DNA of 64,000 nt from the human T2T-CHM13v2.0 reference genome, Homo sapiens. Under the pieces are notes generated by a model. It was not told the origin of the DNA, searched no databases, and saw only the letters and a list, made by a program, of their open reading frames with translations. The DNA is taken from assembly GCF_009914755.1 (NCBI RefSeq), contig NC_060946.1; one strand, written 5' to 3'. This document shows, piece after piece, positions 1-11,317 of the stretch. The position numbers were made by a program, and so were the translations under genes. The first letter of the stretch is position 1. The number at the start of each line of letters is the position of its first letter.

Positions 1-766
1 GTGATGTAAGTATTGTCTAGGCTCTGCTTCAAGGGGCCTTGTCACATATCTCTGCACTGATCACCCAGGTGATGTAACTCTTGTCTAGGCTCTGCTTCCA
101 GGGCATATTGTGACATATCTATGCACTGATCACCTTAGTGATGTAACAGTTTGGTAGGCTCGGCCTACAGGGGAATCTTGACATATCTCTGCACTGTTAA
201 CCGAGGTGATTTAACTCTTGTCTAGGCTGTGCCCACAGGGGGATTGAGACATATCTCTGCACTGATCCCGAGGTGATACAACTCTTGCCTGGTCTCTGCC
301 TACTGTGGACATTGTGACATATCTCTGCACTGATCTCCCAGGTGCTGTAACTTTAGTCTAGGCTCTGGCTACACGGCATTGTGACATATCACTGCACTGA
401 TCACCCAGGCGATATGACTCTTCTCAAGGATCTGACCACAGGGTGCTTTGTGACATATCCCTGCAATGATCACCCAGGTGATATACCACTTGCCAAGGCT
501 CTGCCTACAGGGGCATTGCAATGTATCTCTGCACTGATCACCTAGGTCTTGTAGCTATTTTCTAGGATCTGCCTACAGGGTGCTTTGTGACGTGTCCCAG
601 CAAGGATTACCCAGGTGATGTACCTCTCATCAAGGCTCTGCCTACAGGCACATTGTGATGTATCTCTGCACTGATCACCTAGGTCATGTAACTTTTTTCT
701 AGGCTCTAACTACGATGGCATTGTGACATATCTCTGCACTAATCATCCAAGTGATGTAACTCTTGT

Positions 767-3700
767 CTAGGATGTGCCTAAATTAACTTTTTGACATAAC
801 CCTGTACTGATCATCCAGGTGATGGAGCTTTTGTCTAGGCTCTGCCTAAGGGGGCATTGTGACATATTTCTGCATTGATCACCCAGGTGGCGAACTCTTC
901 TCTCGGATCTGCCTATTGGGGCATTGTGAGAAATCTCTGCACTGATAACCCAGGTGATGTAACTGTTGTGTAACCTCTGCCTACAGGGGAATTGTGAGAG
1001 ATATCGTCACTGATTACCCAAGGGATGTAACCGTTGTCTAGGCTTTGCATACAGGGGGCTTTGTGACATACCTTTGCACTGATCACCCAGGTGATGTAAC
1101 ACATCTAAGTTCGGCCTAAAAGAGCTTTGTGACATATCTCTGCACTGATCGCTTAGGTGATGTAACACTTTTATAATCACTGCCTACAGGGAATTTTGAC
1201 AAATCTCTGCACTGATCACCTAGGTTATGTAACTCTTGTCTACCCTCTGTCCAACGGGGCATTGTGAAATATCTCTGCACTGATCACCCAGGTGATTCAA
1301 CTCTTGACTAGGAACTGCCTACAGAGGTTATTGTGAAATATCTCTGCACGGATAAACTAGGTGGTGTAACCCTTGTCCAAGCTCTGCCTACAGGGGCGTT
1401 TCCACATATCCCTGAACTGATGACAGAGGTGATGTAACTCTTGCCTAGGCTTTGCCTACAGGGAACATTGGACATATATCTGCACTGATCACCCAGGTGA
1501 TGCAACTCTTGCCTTGGCTTTGCCTACAGGAGACATCGTGACATATCTCTTCAATGATCACTAATGTGATGCATCTCTTGCCTAGGCTTTGCCTACAGGG
1601 GACATTGTGACATATCTCTGCACTGATCTCCCAGGTGCTGTAACTTTAGTCTAGGCTCTGGCTACACGGCATTGTGACATATCACTGCACTGATCAACCA
1701 GGTGATATAACTCTTGTATAGGCTCTGCCTACAGGGGGATTGTGACCTACCTCTGCACTGATCACCCAGGTGATATAACTCTTCTCTAGGATCTTCCTAC
1801 AGGGTACATTGTGACATATCCCTGCACTGATCACCCAGGTGATCTAACTCTGGTCTAAACTCTGCCTAAAGGGGCGTTTTGACAGATCTCTGCACTGATC
1901 ACTCTGGTGATGTAAGTATTGTCTAGGCTCTGCTTCAAGGGGCCTTGTCACATATCTCTGCACTGATCACCCAGGTGATGTAACTCTTGTCTAGGCTCTG
2001 CTTCCAGGGCATATTGTGACATATCTATGCACTGATCACCTTAGTGATGTAACAATTTGGTAGGCTCGGCCTACAGGGGAATCTTGACATATCTCTGCAC
2101 TGTTAACCGAGGTGATTTAACTCTTGTCTAGGCTGTGCCCACAGGGGGATTGAGACATATCTCTGCACTGATCCCGAGGTGATACAACTCTTGCCTGGTC
2201 TCTGCCTACTGTGGACATTGTGACATATCTCTGCACTGATATCCCAGGTGCTGTAACTTTAGTCTAGGCTCTGGCTACACGGCATTGTGACATATCACTG
2301 CACTGATCACCCAGGAGATATAACTCTTCTCTAGGATCTGACCACAGGGTGCTTTGTGACATATCCCTGCAATGATCACCCAGGTGATATACCACTTGCC
2401 AAGGCTCTGCCTACAGGGGCATTGCAATGTATCTCTGCACTGATCACCTAGGTCTTGTAGCTATTTTCTAGGATCTGCCTACAGGGTGCTTTGTGACGTG
2501 TCCCAGCAAGGATTTCCCAGGTGATGTACCTCTCATCAAGGCTCTGCCTACAGGCATATTGTGATGTATCTCTGCACTGATCACCTAGGTCATGTAAATT
2601 TTGTCTAGGCTCTACCTACGATGGCATTGTGTCATATCTCTGCACTAATCATCCAAGTGATGTAACTCTTGTCTAGGATGTGCCTAAATTAACTTTTTGA
2701 CATAACCCTGTACTGATCATCCAGGTGATGGAGCTTTTGTCTAGGCTCTGCCTAAGGGGGCATTGTGACATATTTCTGCATTGATCACCAAGGTGGCGAA
2801 CTCTTCTCTCGGATCTGCCTATGGGGGCATTGTGAGAAATTTCTGCCCTGATCACCCAGGTGATGGAACTGTTGTGTAACCTCTGCCTACAGGGGAATTG
2901 TGAGAGATCTCGTCACTGATTACCCAAGTGATGTAACCGTTGTCTAGGCTTTGCGTACAATGGGCTTTGTGACATAACTTTGCACTGATCACCCAGGTGA
3001 TGTAACACATCCAAGTTCGGCCTAAAGGAGCTTTGTGACATATCTCTGCACTGATCACTTAGGTGATGTAACACTTTTATAATCACTGCCTACAGGGAAT
3101 TTTGACAAATCTCTGCACTGATCACCTAGGTGATGTAACTCTTGTCTACCCTCTGTCCAACGGGGCATTGTGAAATATCTCTGCACTGATCACCCAGGTG
3201 ATTCAACTCTTGACTAGGAACTGCCTACAGAGGGTATTGTGAAATATCTCTGCACTGATAAACTAGGTGGTGTAACCCTTGTCCAAGCTCTGCCTACAGG
3301 GGCGTTTCCACATATCCCTGAACTGATGACACAGGTGATGTAACTCTTGCCTAGGCTTTGCCTACAGGGAACATTGGACATATATCTGCACTGATCACCC
3401 AGGTGATGCAACTCTTGCCTAGGCTTTGCCTACAGGGGACATTGTGACATATCTCTTCAATGATCAGTCATGTGATGCATCTCTTGCCTAGGCTTTGCCT
3501 ACAGGGGACATTGTGACATATCTCTACACTGATATCCCAGGTTTTCTCACTTTAGTCTAGGCTCTGGCTACACGGCATTGTGACATATCACTGCACTGAT
3601 CAACCAGGTGATATAACCCTTGTATGGGCTCTGCCTACAGGGGGATTGTGAACTACCTCTGCAGTGATCACCCAGGTGATATAACTCTTCTCTAGGATCT

Positions 3701-4578
3701 TCCTACCGGGTACTTTGTGACATATCCCTGCACTGATCACCCAGGTGATCTATCTCTTGTCTAAGCTCTCCCTAAAGGGGCATTGTGACAGATCTCTGCA
3801 CTGATCACTCAGGTGATGTAAGTATTGTCTAGGCTCTGCTTCAAGGGGCCTTGTCACATATCTCTGCACTGATCACCCAGGTGATGTAACTCTTGTCTAG
3901 GCTCTGCTTCCAGGGCATATTGTGACATATCTATGCACTGATCACCTTAGTGATGTAACACTTTGGTAGGCTCGGCCTACAGGGGAATCTTGACATATCT
4001 CTGCACTCTTAACCGAGGTGATTTAACTCTTGTCTAGGCTGTGCCCACAGGGGGATTGAGACATATCTCTGCACTGATCCCGAGGTGATACAACTCTTGC
4101 CTGGTCTCTGCCTACTGTGGACATTGTGACATATCTCTGCACTGATCTCCCAGGTGCTGTAACTTTAGTCTAGGCTCTGGCTACACGGCATTGTGACATA
4201 TCACTGCACTGATCACCCAGGCGATATAACTCATCTCTAGGATCTGACCACAGGGTGCTTTGTGACATATCCCTGCAATGATCACCCAGGTGATATACCA
4301 CTTGCCAAGGCTCTGCCTACAGGGGCATTGCAATGTATCTCTGCACTGATCACCTAGGTCTTGTAGCTATTTTCTAGCATCTGCCTACAGGGTGCTTTGT
4401 GACGTGTCCCAGCAAGGATTACCCAGGTGATGTACCTCTCATCAAGGCTCTGCCTACAGGCACATTGTGATGTATCTCTGCACTGATCACCTAGGTCATG
4501 TAAATTTTGTCTAGGCTCTACCTACGATGGCATTGTGACATATCTCTGCACTAATCATCCAAGTGATGTAACTCTTGT
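767..4578 (+). repeat. Two 28-monomer HOR units (1906 bp each), left flank type
   Basis: Anchors at 767, 2673, 4579 (spacing 1906). 28 distinct monomers counted, including monomer N (GATCAACCAGGTGATATAACTCTTGTATAGG). Confidence 0.93.
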
Positions 4579-7500
4579 CTAGGATGTGCCTAAATTAACT
4601 TTTTGACATAACCCTGTACTGATCATCCAGGTGATGGAGCTTTTGTCTAGGCTCTGCCTAAGGGGGCATTGTGACATATTTCTGCATTGATCCCCCAGGT
4701 GGCGAACTCTTCTCTCGGATCTGCCTATGGGGGCATTGTGAGAAATCTCTGCACTGATCACCCAGGTGATGTAACTGTTGTGTAACCTCTGCCTACAGGG
4801 GAATTGTGAGAGATCTCGTCACTGATTACCCAAGTGATGTAACCGTTGTCTAGGTTTTGCGTACAGGGGGCTTTGTGACATACCTTTGCACTGATCACTC
4901 AGGTGATGTAACACATCTAAGTTCGGCCTAAAGGAGCTTTGTGACATATCTCTGCACTGATCGCTTAGGTGATTTAACACTTTTATAATCACTGCCTACA
5001 GGGAAATTTGACAAATCTCTGCACTGATCACCTAGGTTATGTCACTCTTGTCTACCCTCTGTCCAACGGGGCATTGTGAAATGTCTCTGCACAGATCACC
5101 CAGGTGATTCAACTCTTGACTAGGAACTGCCTACAGAGGTTATTGTGAAATATCTCTGCACTGATAAACTAGGTGGTGTAACCCTTGTCCAAGCTCTGCC
5201 TACAGGGGCGTTTCCACATATCCCTGACCTGATGACAAAGGTGATGTAACTCTTGCCTAGGCTTTGCCTACAGGGAACATTGGACATATATCTGCACTGA
5301 TCACCCAGGTGATGCAACTCTTGCCTACGCTTTGCCTACAGGGGACATTGTGACATATCTCTTCAATGATCACTCATGTGATGCATCTCTTGCCTAGGCT
5401 TTGCCTACAGGGGACATTGTGACATATCTCTGAACTGATCTCCCAGGTGCTGTAACTTTAGTCTAGGCTCTGGCTACACGGCATTGTGACATATCACTGC
5501 ACTGATCAACCAGGTGATATAACTCTTGTACAGGCTCTGCCTACAGGGGGATTGTGACCTACCTCTGCACTGATCTCCCTGGTGATATAACTCTTCTCTA
5601 GGATCTGCCTACAGGGTACTTTGTGACATATCCCTGCACTGATCACCCAGGTGATCTAACTCTGGTCTAAGCTCTGCCTAAAGGGGTATTGTGACAGATC
5701 TCTGCACTGATCACTCTGGTGATGTAAGTATTGTCTAGGCTCTGCTTCAAGGGGCCTTGTCACATATCTCTGCACTGATCACCCAGGTGATGTAACTCTT
5801 GTCTAGGCTCTGCTTCCAGGGCATATTGTGACATATCTATGCACTGATCACCTTAGTGATGTAACACTTTGGTAGGCTCGGCCTACAGGGGAATCTTGAC
5901 ATATCTCTGCACTGTTAACCGAGGTGATTTAACTATTGTCTATGCTGTGCCCACAGGGGGATTGAGACATATCTCTGCACTGATCCCGAGGTGATACAAC
6001 TCTTGCCTGGTCTCCGCCTACTGTTGACATTGTGACATATCTCTGCACTGATCTCCCAGGTGCTGTAACTTTAGTCTAGGCTCTGGCTACACGACATTGT
6101 GACATATCACTGCACTGATCAACCAGGTGATATAACTCTTGTATAGGCTCTGCCTACAGGGGGATTGTGACCTACCTCTGCACTGATCACCCAGGTGATA
6201 TAACTCTTCTCTAGGATCTGCCTACAGGGTACTTTGTGACATATCCCTGCACTGATCACCCAGGTGATCTAACTCTGGTCTAAGCTCTGTCTAAAGGGGC
6301 ATTGTGACAGATCTCTGCACTGATCACTCTGGTGATGTAAGTATTGTCTAGGCTCTGCTTCAAGGGGCCTTGTCACATATCTCTGCACTGATCACCCAGG
6401 TGATGTAACTCTTGTCTAGGCTCTGCTTCCAGGGCATATTGTGACATGTCTATGCACTGATCACCTTAGTGTTGTAACACTTTGGTAGGCTCGGCCTACA
6501 GGGGAATCTTGACATATCTCTGCACTGTTAACCGAGGAGATTTAACTCTTGTCTAGGCTGTGCCCTCAGGGGGATTGAGACATATCTCTGCACTGATCCC
6601 GAGGTGATACAAGTCTTGCCTGGTCTCTGCCTACTGTGGACATTGGGACATATCTCTGCACTGATCTTCCAGGTGCTGTAACTTTAGTCTAGGCTCTGGC
6701 TACACGGCATTGTGACATATCACTGCACTGATCACCCAGGCGATATAACTCTTCTCTAGGATCTGCCTACAGGGTACTTTGTGATATATCCCTGCACTGA
6801 TCACCCAGGTGATCTAACTCTGGTCTAAGCTCTGCCTAAAGGGGCATTGTGACAGATCTCTGCACTGATCACTCTGGTGATGTAAGTATTGTCTAGGCTC
6901 TGCTTCAAGGGGCCTTGTCACATATCTCTGCACTGATCACCCAGGTGATGTAACTCTTGTCTAGGCTCTGCTTCCAGGGCATATTGTGACATATCTATGC
7001 ACTGATCACCTTAGTGATGTAACACTTAGGTAGGCTCGGCCTATAGGGGAATCTTGACATATCTCTGCACTGTTAACCGAGGTGATTTAACTCTTGTCTA
7101 GGCTGTGCCCACAGGGGGATTGAGACATATCTCTGCACTGATCCCGAGGTGATACAACTCTTGCCTGGTCTCTGCTACTGTGGACATTGTGACATATCTC
7201 TGCACTGATCTCCCAGGTGCTGTAACTTTACTCTAGGCTCTGGCTACACGGCATTGTGACATATCACTGCACTGATCACCCAGGCGATATAACTCTTCTC
7301 TAGGATCTGACCACAGGGTGGTTTGTGACATATCCCTGCAATGATCACCCAGGTGATATACCACTTGCCAAGGCTCTGCCTACATGGGCATTGCAATGTA
7401 TCTCTGCACTGATCACCTAGGTCTTGTAGCTCTTTTCTAGGATCTGCCTACAGGGTGCTTTGTGACGTGTCCCAGCAAGGATTACCCAGGTGATGTACCT

Positions 7501-7641
7501 CTCATCAAGGCTCTGCCTACAGGCACATTGTGATGTATCTCTGCACTGATCACCTCGGTCATGTAACTTTTTTCTAGGCTCTACCTACGATGGCATTGTG
7601 ACATATCTCTGCACTAATCATCCAAGTGATGTAACTCTTGT
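4579..7641 (+). repeat. Expanded 45-monomer HOR variant (3063 bp): 28-mer plus 9-mer and 8-mer internal duplications
   Basis: Monomer N starts at 5504 and 6117 (613 bp apart), a W/O hybrid starts at 6730 and the true W at 7274. 1906+613+544=3063. Confidence 0.9.
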
Positions 7642-10600
7642 CTAGGATGTGCCTAAATTAACTTTTTGACATAACCCTGTACTGATCATCCAGGTGATGG
7701 AGCTTTTGTCTAGGATCTGCCTAAGGGGGCATTGTGACATATTTCTGCATTGATCACCCAGGTGGCGAACTCTTCTCTCGGATCTGCCTATGGGGGCATT
7801 GTGAGAAATCTCTGCACTGATCACCCAGCTGATGTAACTGTTGTGTAACCTCTGCCTACAGGGGAATTATGAGAGATCTCGTCACTCATTACCCAAGTGA
7901 TGTAACCATTGTCTAGGCTTTGCGTACAGGGGGCTTTGTGACATACCTTTGCAATGATCACACAGGTGATGTAACACATCTATCTTCGGCCTAAAGGAAC
8001 TTTGTGACATATCTCTGCACTGATCACTTAGGTGATGTAACACTTTTATAATCACTGCCTACAGGGAATTTTGACAAATCTCTGCACTGATCACCTAGGT
8101 GATGTAACTCTTGTCTACCCTCTGTCGAACGGGACATTGTGAAATATCTCTGCACTGATCACACAGGTGATTCAACTCTTGACTAGGAACTGCCTACAGA
8201 GGTTATTGTGAAATATCTCTGCACTGATAAACTAGGTGGTGTAACCCTTGTCCAAGCTCTGCCTACAGGGGCGTTTCCACATATCCCTGAACTGATGACA
8301 AAGGTGATGTAACTCTTGCCTAGGCTTTGCCTACAGGGAACATTGGACATATATCTGCACTGATCACCCATTTGATGCAACACTTGCCTAGGCTTTGCCT
8401 ACAGGGGACATTGTGACATATCTCTTCAATGATCACTCATGTGATGCATCTCTTGCCTAGGCTTTGCCTACAGGGGGCATTGTGACATATCTCTGCACTG
8501 ATCTCCCAGGTGCTGTAACTTTAGTCTAGGCTCTGGCTACACGGCATTGTGACCTACCTCTGCACTGATCACCCAGGTGATATAACTCTTCTCTAGGATC
8601 TGCCTACAGGGTATTTTGTGACATATCCCTGCACTGATCACCCAGGTGATCTAACTCTGGTCTAAGCTCTGCCTAAAGGGGAATTGTGACAGATCTCTGC
8701 ACTGATCACTCTGGTGATGTAAGTATAGTCTAGGCTCTGCTTCAAGGGGCGTTGTCACATATCTCTGCACTGATCACCCAGGTGATGTAACTCTTGTCTA
8801 GGCTCTGCTTCCAGGGCATATTGTGACATATCTATGCACTGATCACCTTAGTGATGTAACACTTTGGTAGGCTCGGCCTACAGGGGAATCTTGACATATC
8901 TCTGCACTGTTAACCGAGGTGATTTAACTCTTGTCTAGGCTGTGCCCACAGGGGGATTGAGACATATCTCTGCACTGATCCCGAGGTGATACAAGTCTTG
9001 CCTGGTCTCTGCCTACTGTGGACATTGGGACATATCTCTGCACTGATCTCCCAGGTGCTGTAACTTTAGTCTAGGCTCTGGCTACACGGCATTGTGACAT
9101 ATCACTGCACTGATCACCCAGGCGATATAACTCTTCTCTAGGATCTGACCACAGGGTGCTTTGTGACATATCCCTGCAATGATCACCCAGGTGATATACC
9201 ACTTGCCAAGGCTCTGCCTACAGGGGCATTGCAATGTATCTCTGCACTGATCACCTAGGTCTTGTAGCTATTTTCTAGGATCTGCCTACAGGGTGCTTTG
9301 TGACGTGTCCCAGCAAGGATAACCCAGGTGATGTACCTGTCATCAAGGCTCTGCCTACAGGCACATTGTGATGTATCTCTGCACTGATCACCTAGGTCAT
9401 GTAACTTTTTTCTAGGCTCTACCTACGATGGCATTGTGACATATCTCTGCACTAATCATCCAAGTGATGTAACTCTTGTCTAGGATGTGCCTAAATTAAC
9501 TTTTTGACATAACCCTGTACTGATCATCCAGGTGATGGAGCTTTTGTCTAGGCTCTGCCTAAGGGGGCATTGTGACATATTTCTGCATTGATCACCCAGG
9601 TAGCGAACTCTTCTCTCGTATCTGCCTATGGGGGCATTGTGAGAAATCTCTGCACTGATCACCCAGGTGATGTAACTGTTGTGTAACCTCTGCCTACAGG
9701 GGAATTGTGAGAGATCTCGTCACTGATTACCCAAGTGATGTAACCATTGTCTAGGCTTTGCGTACAGGGGGCTTTGTGACATACCTTTGCACTGATCACC
9801 CAGGTGATGTAACACATCTAAGTTCGGCCTAAAGGAGCTTTGTGACATATCTCTGCACTGATCACTTAGGTGATGTAACACTTTTATAATCACTGCCTAC
9901 AGGGAATTTTGACAAATCTCTGCACTGATCACCTAGGTGATGTAACTCTTGTCTACCCTCTGTCCAACGGGGCATTGTGAAATATCTCTGCACTGATCAC
10001 CCAGGTGATTCAACTCTTGACTAGGAACAGCCTACAGAGGTTATTGTGAAATATTTCTGCACTGATAAACTAGGTGGTGTAACCCTTGTCCAAGCTCTGC
10101 CTACAGGGGCGTTTCCAAATATCCCTGAACTGATTACAAAGGTGATGTAACTCTTGCCTAGGCTTTGCCTACAGGGAACATTGGACATATATCTGCACTG
10201 ATCACCCATTTGATGCAACTCTTGCCTAGGCTTTGCCTACAGGGGACATCGGGACATATCTCTTCAATGATCACTCATGTGATGCATCTCTTGCCTAGGC
10301 TTTGCCTACAGGGGACATTGTGACATATCTCTGCACTGATCTCCCAGGTGCTGTAACTTTAGTCTAGGCTCTGGCTACACGGCATTGTGACCTACCTCTG
10401 CAATGATCACCCAGGTGATATAACTCTTCTCTAGGATCTGCCTACAGGGTACTTTGTGACATATCCCTGCACTGATCACCCAGGTGATCTAACTCTGGTC
10501 AAAGCTCTGCCTAAAGGGGCATTGTGACAGATCTCTGCACTGATCACTCTGGTGATGTAAGTATTGTCTAGGCTCTGCTTCAAGGGGCCTTGTCACATAT

Positions 10601-11317
10601 CTCTGCACTGATCACCCAGGTGATGTAACTCTTGTCTAGGCTCTGCTTCCAGGGCATATTGTGACATATCTATGCGCTGATCACCTTAGTGATGTAACAC
10701 TTTGGTAGGCTCGGCCTACAGGCGAATCTTGACATATCTCTGCACTGTTAACCGAGGTGATTTAACTCTTGTCTAGGCTGTGCCCACAGGGGGATTGAGA
10801 CATATCTCTGCACTGATCCCGAGGTGATACAAGTCTTGCCTGGTCTCTGCCTACTGTGGACATTGTGACATATCTCTGCACTGATCTCCCAGGTGCTGTA
10901 ACTTTAGTCTAGGCTCTGGCTACACAGCATTGTGACATATCACTGCACTGATCACCCAGGCGATATAACTCTTCTCTAGGATCTGACCACAGGGTGCTTT
11001 GTGACATATCCCTGCAATGATCACCCAGGTGATATACCACTTGCCAAGGCTCTGCCTACAGGGGCATTGCAATGTATCTCTTCACTGATCACCTAGGTCT
11101 TGTAGCTATTTTCTAGGATCTGCCTACAGGGTGCATTGTGACGTGTCCCAGCAAGGATTACCCAGGTCATGTACCTCTCATCAAGGCTCTGCCTACAGGC
11201 ACATTGTGATGTATCTCTGCACTGATCACCTCGGTCATGTAACTTTTTTCTAGGCTCTACCTACGATGGCATTGTGACATATCTCTGCACTAATCATCCA
11301 AGTGATGTAACTCTTGT
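7642..11317 (+). repeat. Two 27-monomer HOR units (1838 bp, M/N fusion)
   Basis: Anchors at 7642, 9480, 11318. Fusion junction GGCTACACGGCATTGTGAC|CTACCTCTGCA at ~8553 and ~10391. Confidence 0.92.

Noticed and set aside
1165-1180. TATA-like TTTTATAAT in monomer F and AT-rich AAATTAACTTTTT in monomer AB
   Set aside because: Short AT-rich variants of the monomer with no other promoter or polyadenylation context. Not supportable as regulatory sites.
1907-1922. Consensus splice donor GTAAGT in monomer Q, once per HOR
   Set aside because: A 6-mer arising from substitutions in GTAACT, with no exon structure or transcript evidence, and mutated in some units (GTATGT, GTAAAT).
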